DNA of 60,609 nucleotides from Stylophora pistillata (Eukaryota): NCBI RefSeq assembly GCF_002571385.2, contig NW_019217964.1, positions 408,179 to 468,787 of the forward strand, read 5' to 3'. Shown piece by piece: positions 1 to 10,186 of this stretch (position 1 is its first letter; each line of letters starts with the position of its first letter). The notes under the pieces were generated by a model. It saw only the letters and a program-made list of their open reading frames with translations, ran no database searches and was not told where the DNA came from. The position numbers and the translations under genes were made by a program.

Positions 1-491
1 ATATATATATAACTAACTGCAGACAGTACTGTTTCGGCCTTCTGGGCCTCATCAGTGCAGTGCTAATGCTAGGATGGAGGAGAACCGAGACGGTCACCCC
101 AAACGACCCAACCTTTGTGGTATCGTCTAAGCCATGCCAGAGTGCTCAAACTAGAGAAAACCAGCGAGCATGCGCAATTGCAACGGCAATGACTCATCCT
201 AGATAGAGTGCTCAATTTGGACATGAAAGCAAAGCTTTGTATGCCAAAGAGATAAAAGACTAGAATTTTAAAACTACATTTACGGCCTAAGACTACTCAG
301 CCAAAACACAATTAAGACCTAAAATAGTAGATAAAATATCAAAGTTAAGATAAAAAGAAATGTCTTGCTCGGCGGCAGAACGTTTGAATGTTTTTACTCT
401 TCACAATGTTTAAAGGGAGTTTATTAAAAATTTCTGCACCAGTAAAAAGAAAGGTCTTTTTCCCAAAATTTTGTTTTGGGAGGACTAATCT
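1..491 (-). mobile_element. 3' end of a 5'-truncated CR1/L2-type LINE: ORF2 C-terminus, 3' UTR and (TA)n tail
   Basis: 491..345 translates to RLVLPKQNFGKKTFLFTGAEIFNKLPLNIVKSKNIQTFCRRARHFFLS*, resembling the LPKP..GK..F.F.GA..FN.LP tail of CR1/L2-group ORF2. It is followed by about 340 nt ending in TAGTTAGTTATATATATAT. Confidence 0.6.
16..61 (-). ncRNA. Type I hammerhead ribozyme (minimal, palindromic stem III)
   Basis: The minus strand reads ACUGCA-CUGAUGA-GGCC(CAGAA)GGCC-GAA-ACAGUACUGU-C^UGCAGU. It has an intact CUGANGA/GAAA core, a 6-bp stem I, a 4-bp stem II, a self-complementary stem III and a GUC cleavage triplet (cut between 22 and 21). Confidence 0.88.
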
Positions 492-2781
492 TGCACAAAA
501 GTTTCGTTGGAAATGTAATTTTTAGCAGCAGCTCTATCCCATGATCAGCGTTTTGTTCTTTTCCGCCCTCTCTGGCTTCTCACCGACTCTTCATACAAAG
601 TGTTTCGTCGCGAAATCCTATCGTGATTATTGATCATTAAGTTAATTTCTCCGCTAATGAGATACGTTATAGTGATGTCATAATACTAATGTAAGTCATT
701 TTGTCAGCTGTGGAACTAGCCGACTCACTGGGTAAAAATCAAATCGTTTCGTATACTTTATTATCTGAACATTTCATAACAATGTGACTTCCTTTTAGGA
801 TTCGAACGCACTTCTTTGATTGTCTGGTGGTAAAGTCGTCAATAAAGATGTTTGATAATGGTGATCAAAAGCCCACAACTGACGAAACACAAAGTACAGA
901 TAACTAGAGACTCGCGATTAGTAGGCATTTGTTTTTTCATATACTATCAACGTAAATTGTACTTTCACAAGTATGTCATGCTCCTGTTTAGACCCAGTTT
1001 TACCAGTTTTACCAGACGGATGACTGTGGCGTCCTAATCAACAATGACGAACATTAGATACCACGTGATACATTTTGGTATACTTTAATCTCTCAGACCA
1101 AGAAAAAGGGATATTTATTCCATTTTCTTTATTTCTATCGAGCCGGAACACTTCCGCGGCGGTTAAATCTGATAATAGATTATAATGACTTTTGATGCGT
1201 GACGCACGAATTCTTTTAACTGAATGCAAAATTAAATAGATTTTCCCGAAACATGAAGTAAAGGAAAGAGAGACCAAATTGAATAATTTAAATTTGCAGT
1301 CTTTACAAACTGGAGTGAAATGTTTCCTCTAATATTACTCTGAAGAGAAATGGGAATGGTTGGAAAAAGTAGGCAATGCTGCCAAACAATTCTTGTAACA
1401 CCCCGAGTTTTTTTATTTTTCGGAGGAGAGTGATGATATGAAGAGAATTCGAACATTGGCATTTGACACACCTATCGGTTTTCTGTGTCATTGCTTTCTT
1501 GATAGGATTTATAATATCTGTCATACTTTTTTGTTCAGTGTAATATTGATAACCGAGCCTATGAACACCAATGATTTGTTGCTTTGCTTACAATTTAACG
1601 CGTTTGTCGTCTTGCTCCTTAAATCAATTGTCTGGTTTTATTGATTCCACTTAGATTAACTTCACCACTATTTCTCCTTGTTCTGACAATACCGCAGTAG
1701 TATAATTATTTCTTCGCGGCGAGTTCATGATCGCACGCGGCTTCTAGCCATCCATTATGAAGTGCAAAAAAGGCGAGAACATTCTGTCAATGACAGCCAA
1801 TGGTAACAAACATCTTGTTCTCATCGATTATTTTTTCTTCAAAGACAATAAGTAATCAGGCCTTTCGGATTAGCACTTGAGAATTAGTACAGTTGTATTG
1901 TGAAATAATTACGAAATTCATCACGGACAGTACTACAAATGTTTGAGCATTGTGAAAGAAATAAAACGTAAGAAATAGAAAAACAGTTTGAGGAAGAGTT
2001 TATACGGTTGGTCTGTGCTGTATGTAGCGGAAATAATATTTCCAATCTTAATCTTAACAGGCTGCTCGGAAAAAATGATTCGGTAGACATGATACACAAA
2101 TCGCATGTTGATAACATTATGTTAATGGGCAAATAACGAATTCTCCTAAGTCTAGTGACTTAAAAACTGTTATTGTAAAAAAACATTTTTCCAATAATCG
2201 GTTTCTTTTATATTTTTTGTCTGTTATGTATATTTTTTGCCAATTTGTTCTTTTTTACGTTAATAGCGACAAAAACATTTTCGGAAAACTTCCGTATATC
2301 AATGTCTATTCCTCGATTTGTTTATTATTCTTTTTTTTACTTTTTTTTTTTTATTTCCTACCCTGCACGCAATTCAAAGACTGAGTCCTGCTAGGCTCCT
2401 GATAAATGTATTAAAGCATAATACCTATTAGAGCCAGGGGAAATAAGAGAATAAGAATTTTTACGATATGTCATAAAAATGCATTTGGAAAAGACTCAGA
2501 CTTGTATTTTATGTTTGAAAGACCTTATGGTAGCCTCGCGGCTAAAGTCTTGTGGCTAAGACTTCCTTTAAAATTGTAATTGTGTCAGCTAATTGAGTGT
2601 AAGATTAAATAGAAAAAAATAATCCACGATGGTCAGATACTTAGAAATACATTTAAATAGTCAAACGAGTGCGAGATGTTAACTGTTTAACGAAATATCG
2701 TCAGAACGTTTCTTGCTTCAAAAGACATCCCTGAATAAATGTTTAATCAATCCATACTATCGAGCGAACAAGGGCTCTTAC

Positions 2782-3253
2782 CTGATCCGGGGATGACAAT
2801 GTTCAAAATAAGACAAACAATGGCGACTGGACGCGGTAATACTGGAATGGCATCCTTCGCGGAGATTGTCTGTTTTCGTTTCACTACTGTCGCTGGGTCT
2901 TCCTTTGGGATAATTGTTTCATTAGGAATTTGAAATCCAGGAAATGGTGTGTACAAACCAGCTGTTGCGGAAGATGAACACGACACTCTGGCCGAGTGAG
3001 GTGTAACTCGAGAACTTTCAAGACTGAAACTTCGTTGAAGATAGTTGCCATTTTCCAAGGGTTTCACTTGAGGTAGCCCCGCACTCGAGTCACCTGCAGC
3101 TTGTGAATTATTGTCACTAGTAAAAACTGGTGCATTTAATCCCAAAGCTGGCAAATTTTCCTTCGCATTTCGGCCCTGACTTTCGTTGTCTCCGTCAGCA
3201 ACTAAAAATTGTGTTGAACTACTGCCGCGCTGTTTGTGGCCAAGAGACATCAT
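2782..3253 (-). CDS. stum: Protein stum homolog (stumble/SPEC3-like membrane protein), first coding exon A
   Basis: ATG at 3253. A low-complexity N-terminus precedes AIPVLPRPVAIVCLILNIVIPGSG, the stum-family motif. The exon ends at a phase-1 donor CAG|GTAAGA (GT at 2781-2780). No downstream exon was found in the window. Confidence 0.72.
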
Positions 3254-5513
3254 TAGGTAATCAACGATTATTCCTCAGCAATTGGTCTCTCCTTCACTAT
3301 ATTTCGCCGAAGTATACAGATTTTAAAAGTATGAATTTCCTACGGTTCTCAGCGATTCGTTACTGAGAGAGAGGCGAAGGTAGAAAACTACAAAATGTTG
3401 CTGTGGATTAAGACTTTTACATCACAATAGAGACTCAAACTGAAGATCAATTTACATTCCACATCTATCAACACCTAATTGTCCTCAGCTGGTCACAGCC
3501 CTGGAGGCTTTTTTATTCGAGTGCCATAAGTCTGATGGATTTAAAGGTTTCAGCGTTAATCACACGCAATAAAGCGTACAACGTTGTGTTGTTATCAGCT
3601 CTCGAGTGCAATATTGCTTCAAAAACGATAATACGATCTTTTGTTCATTAATGTATTGCTGGCTGTAGCGAGAGCGGAACACTACTTTTTTTTAATTACA
3701 GAAAAAAACAGACATTTTTGTTTCCAGTCTGTATACACATGTTTCATGATGTTTGTATTGGATCCGATTTTGCTTACAATTTAATGAAAATATGTCTTAG
3801 AATTTTCTATCCACCTTTAAGAGAGACTCGGCGGATAGCAGGCATTCTTTTCAATTCTGTGCAATTAGAAGATTAGCGGTTAAGAACAATTTAGTGCATT
3901 TGCATTGAAAAAGAGAGGGTTTTAAATAAACCGCTTGAGAATTAACGCTGTCATCAACAGAGTAAACTTGTGTATTTTTGGTTTATATGCTTCCAAATGC
4001 ACGTTAGGTACATTTTTAATATCATTATTCTGATTAAGGAGAAGTCGCTGTTTTTTCTGACGTGTCAGTTCTAGTTTCTTTGCCAATTAACAAATATTGC
4101 ATTCGTGAACAGAGCTTGTTGTATTGTTGTGAGGTGTAAAAAGCTGTTTGCCGAAAGCCTTTCTTCAGAATTTACAGGTTTCTGAATCAATAATAACAAG
4201 TAGCAATGAAATTAACAATAACTAATGCCAGCCTTTAGTGCCAATTCAAACTAAGAACTAAAAGTAATTTTTGATTAAAAAAAAAACATTATGAGAAGGA
4301 AAAATTGTTCCTTTTTCAAGCGCTGCCGATTTCTAATATTTACAGCTGTGCTGATTCAAATAGCAAAACGCCGTAAATTTATGCAAAGAAAATATGTCAA
4401 GAACTGTTGAATGTATTCTGTGCCTGAAAGTGATATAATCCGACCTAATAAGTTTTCATGGTGCCATGAAAAAACCTGAGGATTCTAATACCGTGGATAA
4501 ATGAAGACAAAAAAGGCTTGAATAGTAAACCAATTGAACGTGTAACACTTTTTCCACGATGAGTATATTACACTGGGAGGAGTGGAGTCGGTGACCACTC
4601 CTGATGCATACTATGCCTTCTGGTCTATGAGAGGAGTTACCGCTGGACAGAATATGATTTCGGACTGAGTACACTAAACAAACGAGTGACTGTGCGATCG
4701 AAGGTTTATTAGACATTTCACCGATCTTAAAGAGGTCATCAGTAACATCAACAAAGTAAGTTTTAAGAAGTATCTTTACTTTGGAGTACTACTGAGATTT
4801 TTCTTCATCCAACTGACTTTAACTGTAAACTTATTTGGGAAGATAAGTCTATTGGGTCCACTGCGCAATGAAAAAAGGAACAACTCAGTTTGATAGAGTG
4901 TGATGATTAGATCTTCGTCCAGACTAGTTTGAAATATCGCGCTCATCTCAGTCTCAAATTTCATTATTTCTGTTTATAGATTGTGGCTCGAAAAATGCTA
5001 CAAACCATACATGCTAGTTTTGATCATTTCAGCTATTACAAAACCAAAACAGGGTGAATTTTTCTCGTCACAAACGCGCCACAGATTGTTAATATTTAGT
5101 TCTGAAATTATTATTCAGGACTCTTACAACGAAAAGATTTCCAAGGCAGCTTACGGGCCGCTCATTATGATGCCTCTTTAAAGATTTTCCAGGAAGACAC
5201 TAACAGGTTCGAAAGGGATATTTAATTAAAGTCACAAAAAATAAATATCCTTTGTCGGTAGCTACTGGTATCATGCCACATTTACTTACAAGAACGTCTT
5301 CTAACCGCTGAAAATAACAACATTCTTATCACACTGCAAGAGGGTTAGGATAGTAGCCGTAAACACTATGAATGTGTCTCGATAAAAACAGTGAAATAAT
5401 TTAACTCTTTTGTCTTGAACCCTCGTTCAAGGGTTTTGAACAAGCATAAACTGCATGAATTCAGATATTTTTCACTTCACTTGATTACCAAAATGGTTAT
5501 AAAAAACATGGCT

Positions 5514-5767
5514 ACGTATTTAATACCGCAGTTCAAAATATATGAACTTCACATATTCATTGTATCAGATTTATCATCACGGGTTTGTTACGAATCAACT
5601 TAACGGCCTCCTCCCAGTTGGCTTGTTAGCTCAATTGGTAGAGCGCTGCACTAGTATCGCAGAGGTCAGTGGTTCGAATCCCGTACAGGGGCCAGGTTTT
5701 TTTCAGGTCTGATTTTCGCTACTGCATAAATAGCGCTATCTACTGCGAAGGATCGTGCGTCATACGT
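5514..5767 (+). mobile_element. tRNA-containing short interspersed element, unit-length copy 1
   Basis: Flanked by the 11-bp direct repeat AAAACATGGCT (5503-5513, 5768-5778). Near-identical to copies at 7185, 39078 and 39657. The tRNA-like core is internal. Confidence 0.8.
5620..5693 (+). pseudogene. tRNA-Thr(AGT)-like core of the repeat (probably not a functional tRNA)
   Basis: Acceptor GGCTTGT/ACAGG(GG)CC, D arm GCTC-AATTGGTA-GAGC, anticodon loop CTAGTAT and B-box GGTTCGAATCC. The T stem and the base of the anticodon stem are mismatched. Confidence 0.6.
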
Positions 5768-5831
5768 AAAACATGGCTTTGCTGCCAGAACTGAACTGTA
5801 ATTTCCATGTGCATAATCATGTTTCCCTTAC

Positions 5832-6243
5832 CTGCGCCTGGTATGATGCAGTTAAGAATTAAACAAACCACGGCAGTTTTGAACGGTAAAACTGGAAGAT
5901 TCCTTACAACAAAACTGGTGGTAATTTTTTCGTCGCGAGAGCCGTAACACTTCTTTACATTGCTATGGCCTTGTTTCCTAATTTCTGTGGTTCGCTGCGA
6001 GGTGCTGGCGCCCAACAAATGATTACCGCCAACCGTTGTTTGAGTTCGCAGTTCAGCGAGGCTTAGCTGCTCATGAGTTTCAAATGGATGAACTGACTCG
6101 GGATACGGATGGGCGAAAAGCGATCCACGGGGTAATAGAACATGACTTGGTACATGAAGACTATTTTGTGTAAGAAGCAATGGCCTCACATTATGTTTCT
6201 TCGACACAGTTCTTTGATTTTCCTCCTCGTTGGTACGCGCCAT
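5832..6243 (-). CDS. stum: Protein stum homolog, paralogous first coding exon B
   Basis: ATG at 6243. The exon ends NLPVLPFKTAVVCLILNCIIPGAG at a phase-1 donor CAG|GTAAGG (GT at 5831-5830), the same position in the motif as exon A. Confidence 0.68.
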
Positions 6244-7184
6244 TTTTTCCAGTTTCCACTGTAATCGATTTCAGACCAGTTCAAATATTTTTAGCCTTCA
6301 AATTCTTACAGCTTAGTTTTTCTGTAAGTGAAAAATGTGTTTACCGAACGTCAAATTTGCATTCATCCTGTATCCCTGCTAAAAAAAAGTTCATTTACAA
6401 GTAATTACTCTTTTCAATGCGGCAGCAGTGTTTGTTTAAGTTGTTTGTCAAGAGCTTGGGATTTTCATCTCTAATAACATTTCTTATAAACTCAGAGCAC
6501 TCAATCATTGAATCGATGACGTCGTGGTTATTCCACTCTAACGGGGAGAGAACGTGTTTTCTTTTGGTGTCAAATAATGATCCAAAGGAAACTCAGAGGA
6601 AATGATAATGGTGTATACTTATTGTTAGCTGTTTCCGGTTGATTTTCATATCAGGAAAATTGTGTCAACTGCCAGGAAAGAAGATTTTGTTCTTTGAGAA
6701 CAAATTGCTCAATTTTAAACTTAACCGCCTATCGCGCCTATGATAGAAGCATCGATCACTAATTAATTTAGCTCAACTTTTTTAGATTTTTTCTAATAAA
6801 GTTTTAAGCTTGATTGGAAATTCACTCTTCAATCATAAAGCCGATTTTCAATCATAAGGAGGTGTTATAGAAAAAAACGAAGGATACCTTGGAAACGAAA
6901 AGGTGCCATTGTGAGCATTCTTTTCTCGCATTCACATGTTCATATGCTCTTAAAAGGCTGATTGATGATAAGTGTCCCAGTACGGATCACTCGCCGCTAT
7001 CAGTGACAACTGAGAACTCACCAAAATCACCTGTTTCACTCTACTATTCTGCAAGTAAATGGCAATTATATCTATGATTATATCTGTCAGTCAGTTGAAT
7101 CGTGGGACATGCAATTAAATCTTACTGATTGGTAATGGGAAGTAGCAATTTATGAGTGAGACACGGATTGATACACAAGATAAA

Positions 7185-7504
7185 TACGTATGATGGACGA
7201 TCCTCGCAGTAGATAGCGCTATTTATGCAATAGCGAAAATCAGACCTGAAAAATTCAGGCCTGTACGGGATTCGAACCACTGACCTCTGCGATACTAGTG
7301 CAGCGCTCTACCAATTGAGCTAACAAGCCAACTGGGAGCAGGCCGTTAAGGTCAGTGGTTCGAATCCCGTACAGGCCTGATTTTTTCCAGGTCTGATTTT
7401 CGCTATTGCATAAATAGCGCTATCTACTGCGAGGATCGTCCATCATACGTATCTAATACCGCAGTTCAAAATATATGCGGAACTTCATATATTCATTGTA
7501 TCTG
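7185..7504. mobile_element. tRNA-containing element copy 2, inverted (minus segment then plus segment)
   Basis: Minus segment 7185-7349, plus segment 7350-7504, giving about 100-bp inverted arms (7185-7285 and 7350-7451). 12-bp TSD ACACAAGATAAA (7173-7184, 7505-7516). Confidence 0.82.
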
Positions 7505-8284
7505 ACACAAGATAAAGACGGAAAAAATATTGAGGCATGTTTTCATATTTTATTTTTCAAATAGCCGACTCGAGTGGACCTTAATATAACACAAAGGGAA
7601 GTATAGGGTCTAAAGTAATCGACGTGGTGTGTTTCAGGAAGGGAACTCTAAACTCAGTGCTCTATAGATTTTAACTTTCGGGTGCAAAGGGAGTGAGGAC
7701 ATTCTTTGTGCTTGAAAATTTGCGCTGGAAGTTTTGCAGTGACTCCGCGGAAAAAATAAAGATGCAGATTGACTCTACATCTTCAGTGGGATAACCTTTT
7801 TACAGTATTACTGTGATGTCAAAAACACAGCAAAAAGTACTAGAGGTCATCAAGTGTGGTGGATAGCGAGTACTTTTATCACGGTGTGGCCTTATTGTCG
7901 AATTATGTTTTGAAATTTGATTTACTGTCTGTTTACTTCCTTTCCATTCTATTCCAAACAATATGTTAAGGGTTTAGTGAAGCAGTTCAGTAAATGATCG
8001 TTCCAAATTCTAATAATATTCGTCTAAATTATAAGGCGTGAAGATGATTCTCGAACCCAACGCGCTCACTAGGGTGCGTCTGTACATGTCAATGATACAT
8101 TGTCTTCTTAGCTGGGCAATTGACCTGTGGCAATGTGAGATCTTAATTTGATCTTGCACCTCTTGGCTTAAATTATGGACTGTCTCCTGACTTCGTGAAG
8201 CTATTGATGAACTGGTTCCATATCTCTCAAGTTGTTGATATATTACCACTACACGTGATGCTTACGTAATTTTTGTGAGATAAA

Positions 8285-8434
8285 TGGGTCCTGAGTCTTG
8301 GGTTGAGGTTGTAATGAGGTCAGGGCACAATCATAATGCAACAGCTCTACAGCAGCAGTTGGGTCCTGAGTCTTGGGGTGGGGTTGTTATGAGGTCAGAG
8401 CACGATCATAATGCAACAGCTCTACAGCAGCAGT
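8285..8434. repeat. 75-bp tandem duplication spanning the stop codon of the cysteine-rich gene
   Basis: TGGGTCCTGAGTCTTGGG...ATCATAATGCAACAGCTCTACAGCAGCAGT starts at 8285 and again at 8360. Confidence 0.85.
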
Positions 8435-8664
8435 AGTTTGGACCACAATCAGCCACAGTGCAAGAGTGATGGCGAAACACAGCCAATCCTAGTTTGTGAG
8501 AATCTGTATATTCATCATAATTGTCCGCTAAGGCAGGTTGTCTTTTGTAGACGTGCAAAGACTCAGTACAATCCCAGGTTAGGTTATGAACTTCCTTTGG
8601 TCCTTGTTGTCGTAACTTTTTGTCTGTACAGATGTGCTTGCAGTCATATTTCTCCCCACAGGTC
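8406..8664 (-). CDS. Uncharacterised cysteine-rich protein, terminal exon (ends CGPNYCCCRAVAL*)
   Basis: Acceptor TATTTAG|G at 8664 (phase 2). The open frame is TCGEKYDCKHICTDKKLRQQGPKEVHNLTWDCTESLHVYKRQPALADNYDEYTDSHKLGLAVFRHHSCTVADCGPNYCCCRAVAL*. It joins in frame to exon 9410-9290. Confidence 0.78.
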
Positions 8665-8972
8665 CTAAATAAGCATATTTATAACTGAGTACATTCAGGT
8701 AGCAGCTGAGGTACTGGTTCAATAATGACAGCGCAAATAATGTCTGCAGCGGCAGCATTTAGATTTCTTACAGTTCTATAGCAATGATACATCAAGTCAT
8801 TAACAATCTGTTCTTAAAAAAAAAACACAGTTTTCATATTTACTCTTCACTCATTAATCCCAGTTAGTAAAGTGGATATGCTGACCGGATAAATAAAGCC
8901 ATCATCATCATTGTTACTGACAAAATGTTGATGTCACTTTAAACACCTGTGTTGATATAATTTTTTTCGTAA

Positions 8973-9081
8973 GGGACCAGTTATCATTTACCGCCGGGGT
9001 GGGAGTGAGGGCTATTTGAACGATCACATAGGTTTTCAGGGGGAATAGAGAGAGGATCAGTGGTTAACAATGGGTGGTCCC
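8973..9081. mobile_element. Tourist/Harbinger-type MITE in an intron
   Basis: Termini GGGACCA...TGGTCCC, flanked by TAA at 8970-8972 and 9082-9084. Confidence 0.6.
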
Positions 9082-9289
9082 TAACTAATCGTTTTGCTTG
9101 TGAGATATGATAGCCGCTGACTGGCTTGACTGTCTTTAATGTTTTTAAAATCAAAATTTATTTTATGAATGAAATGTATTGTGAAGGTGAGCTACAAGTG
9201 TAAACTTCCATCCTCGGTGAGTCGGTTTCAGTAATTCACCATAAAATTAAAATTATTTTGTTTTATGATACATTACAAATGTTAGTTAC

Positions 9290-9410
9290 CGTCTGACTGC
9301 GTATATTAGGCCTGGTCCGTTACTGGGAATGGCTGCACACGTTGCCATAGCAATTTCGTCCAAATAGTTGTAAAAGTATGAGCGAAATCCTCTTCGCACT
9401 CGCAAGTGAT
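9290..9410 (-). CDS. Cysteine-rich protein, penultimate exon
   Basis: Acceptor TCTCTTCCAG|AT, donor CG|GTAACT; 121 nt, phase 1 to phase 2. It encodes (D)HLRVRRGFRSYFYNYLDEIAMATCAAIPSNGPGLIYAVR(R). Confidence 0.75.
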
Positions 9411-10153
9411 CTGGAAGAGATATTTGTAAACAGTTCTTTCAGAAAAGTTAATTTATGAAAGTATAAAAACCCACTCAACAATACGAAATGGAGTTTTAGC
9501 GTTGAACTTATTTGACGTTTTGTGTCTCATGATCAACAGAATAATGGCAGACAGTATCGGCCTCATATCAATTACACTTCCTCCAGGCCGAAAAAGTGTT
9601 TACCGGTAGCTTCACTCACAAAACATCTCTATATTGTCGCGTGCGCATTTTGCGTTTCGAGTAGACGCCACCTTCACAGTCAGTCTCGTACTGTGACTTT
9701 TCTTTAACCTACAGTAACTTTGATTAACCATATTTCAAGATCGACCCTATTTTCCTCGACCGTACCTTCCACCATTACGCTTTCAATCACCTCTCATTAA
9801 GCTTGGCCCTTTTTAACCTTCTCGGAATTTTAAATTGGTTGATGAACATTGAAAAGTAAATCATAATAGTTTCTTTCTTCAAAACTTTGACCTAGCAACC
9901 GAAAAAAATTTGATTTAAAAAAGTGGTTCATTATCAAGCGGTGACATTTGACATATGCCTCATCATTATAACAAAAAAAATATCTTAATCTAATTACATA
10001 TTTTTAAAGAAACAATGTAGGAAAGCTCTTACGTCTCTTACTCTAAACAATTTTGCTTTGATAACTGGAAGCAACGGGTTCCAGTGGAAGTGATTTGGTC
10101 CATGAATCAAGTTCAAACTGATGAAAGGCCACGGTGTGTAAATTATCACGTAC

Positions 10154-10186
10154 CTTGTAAATGATCCCTCTTAACAGAATCAGCGC
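10154..10186 (-). CDS. Candidate upstream 33-nt micro-exon of the cysteine-rich gene
   Basis: TTCTATTTTCCTAG|GC...CAAG|GTACGT; phase 1 at both ends. It encodes (G)ADSVKRDHLQ(D), compatible with exon 9410. The start exon was not identified. Confidence 0.4.

Noticed and set aside
7190-7250. HDV-like ribozyme within the tRNA-containing repeat (UCCUCG, hairpin, GCGAA)
   Set aside because: I could not build the P2 and P3/L3 elements of the nested double pseudoknot on either strand.
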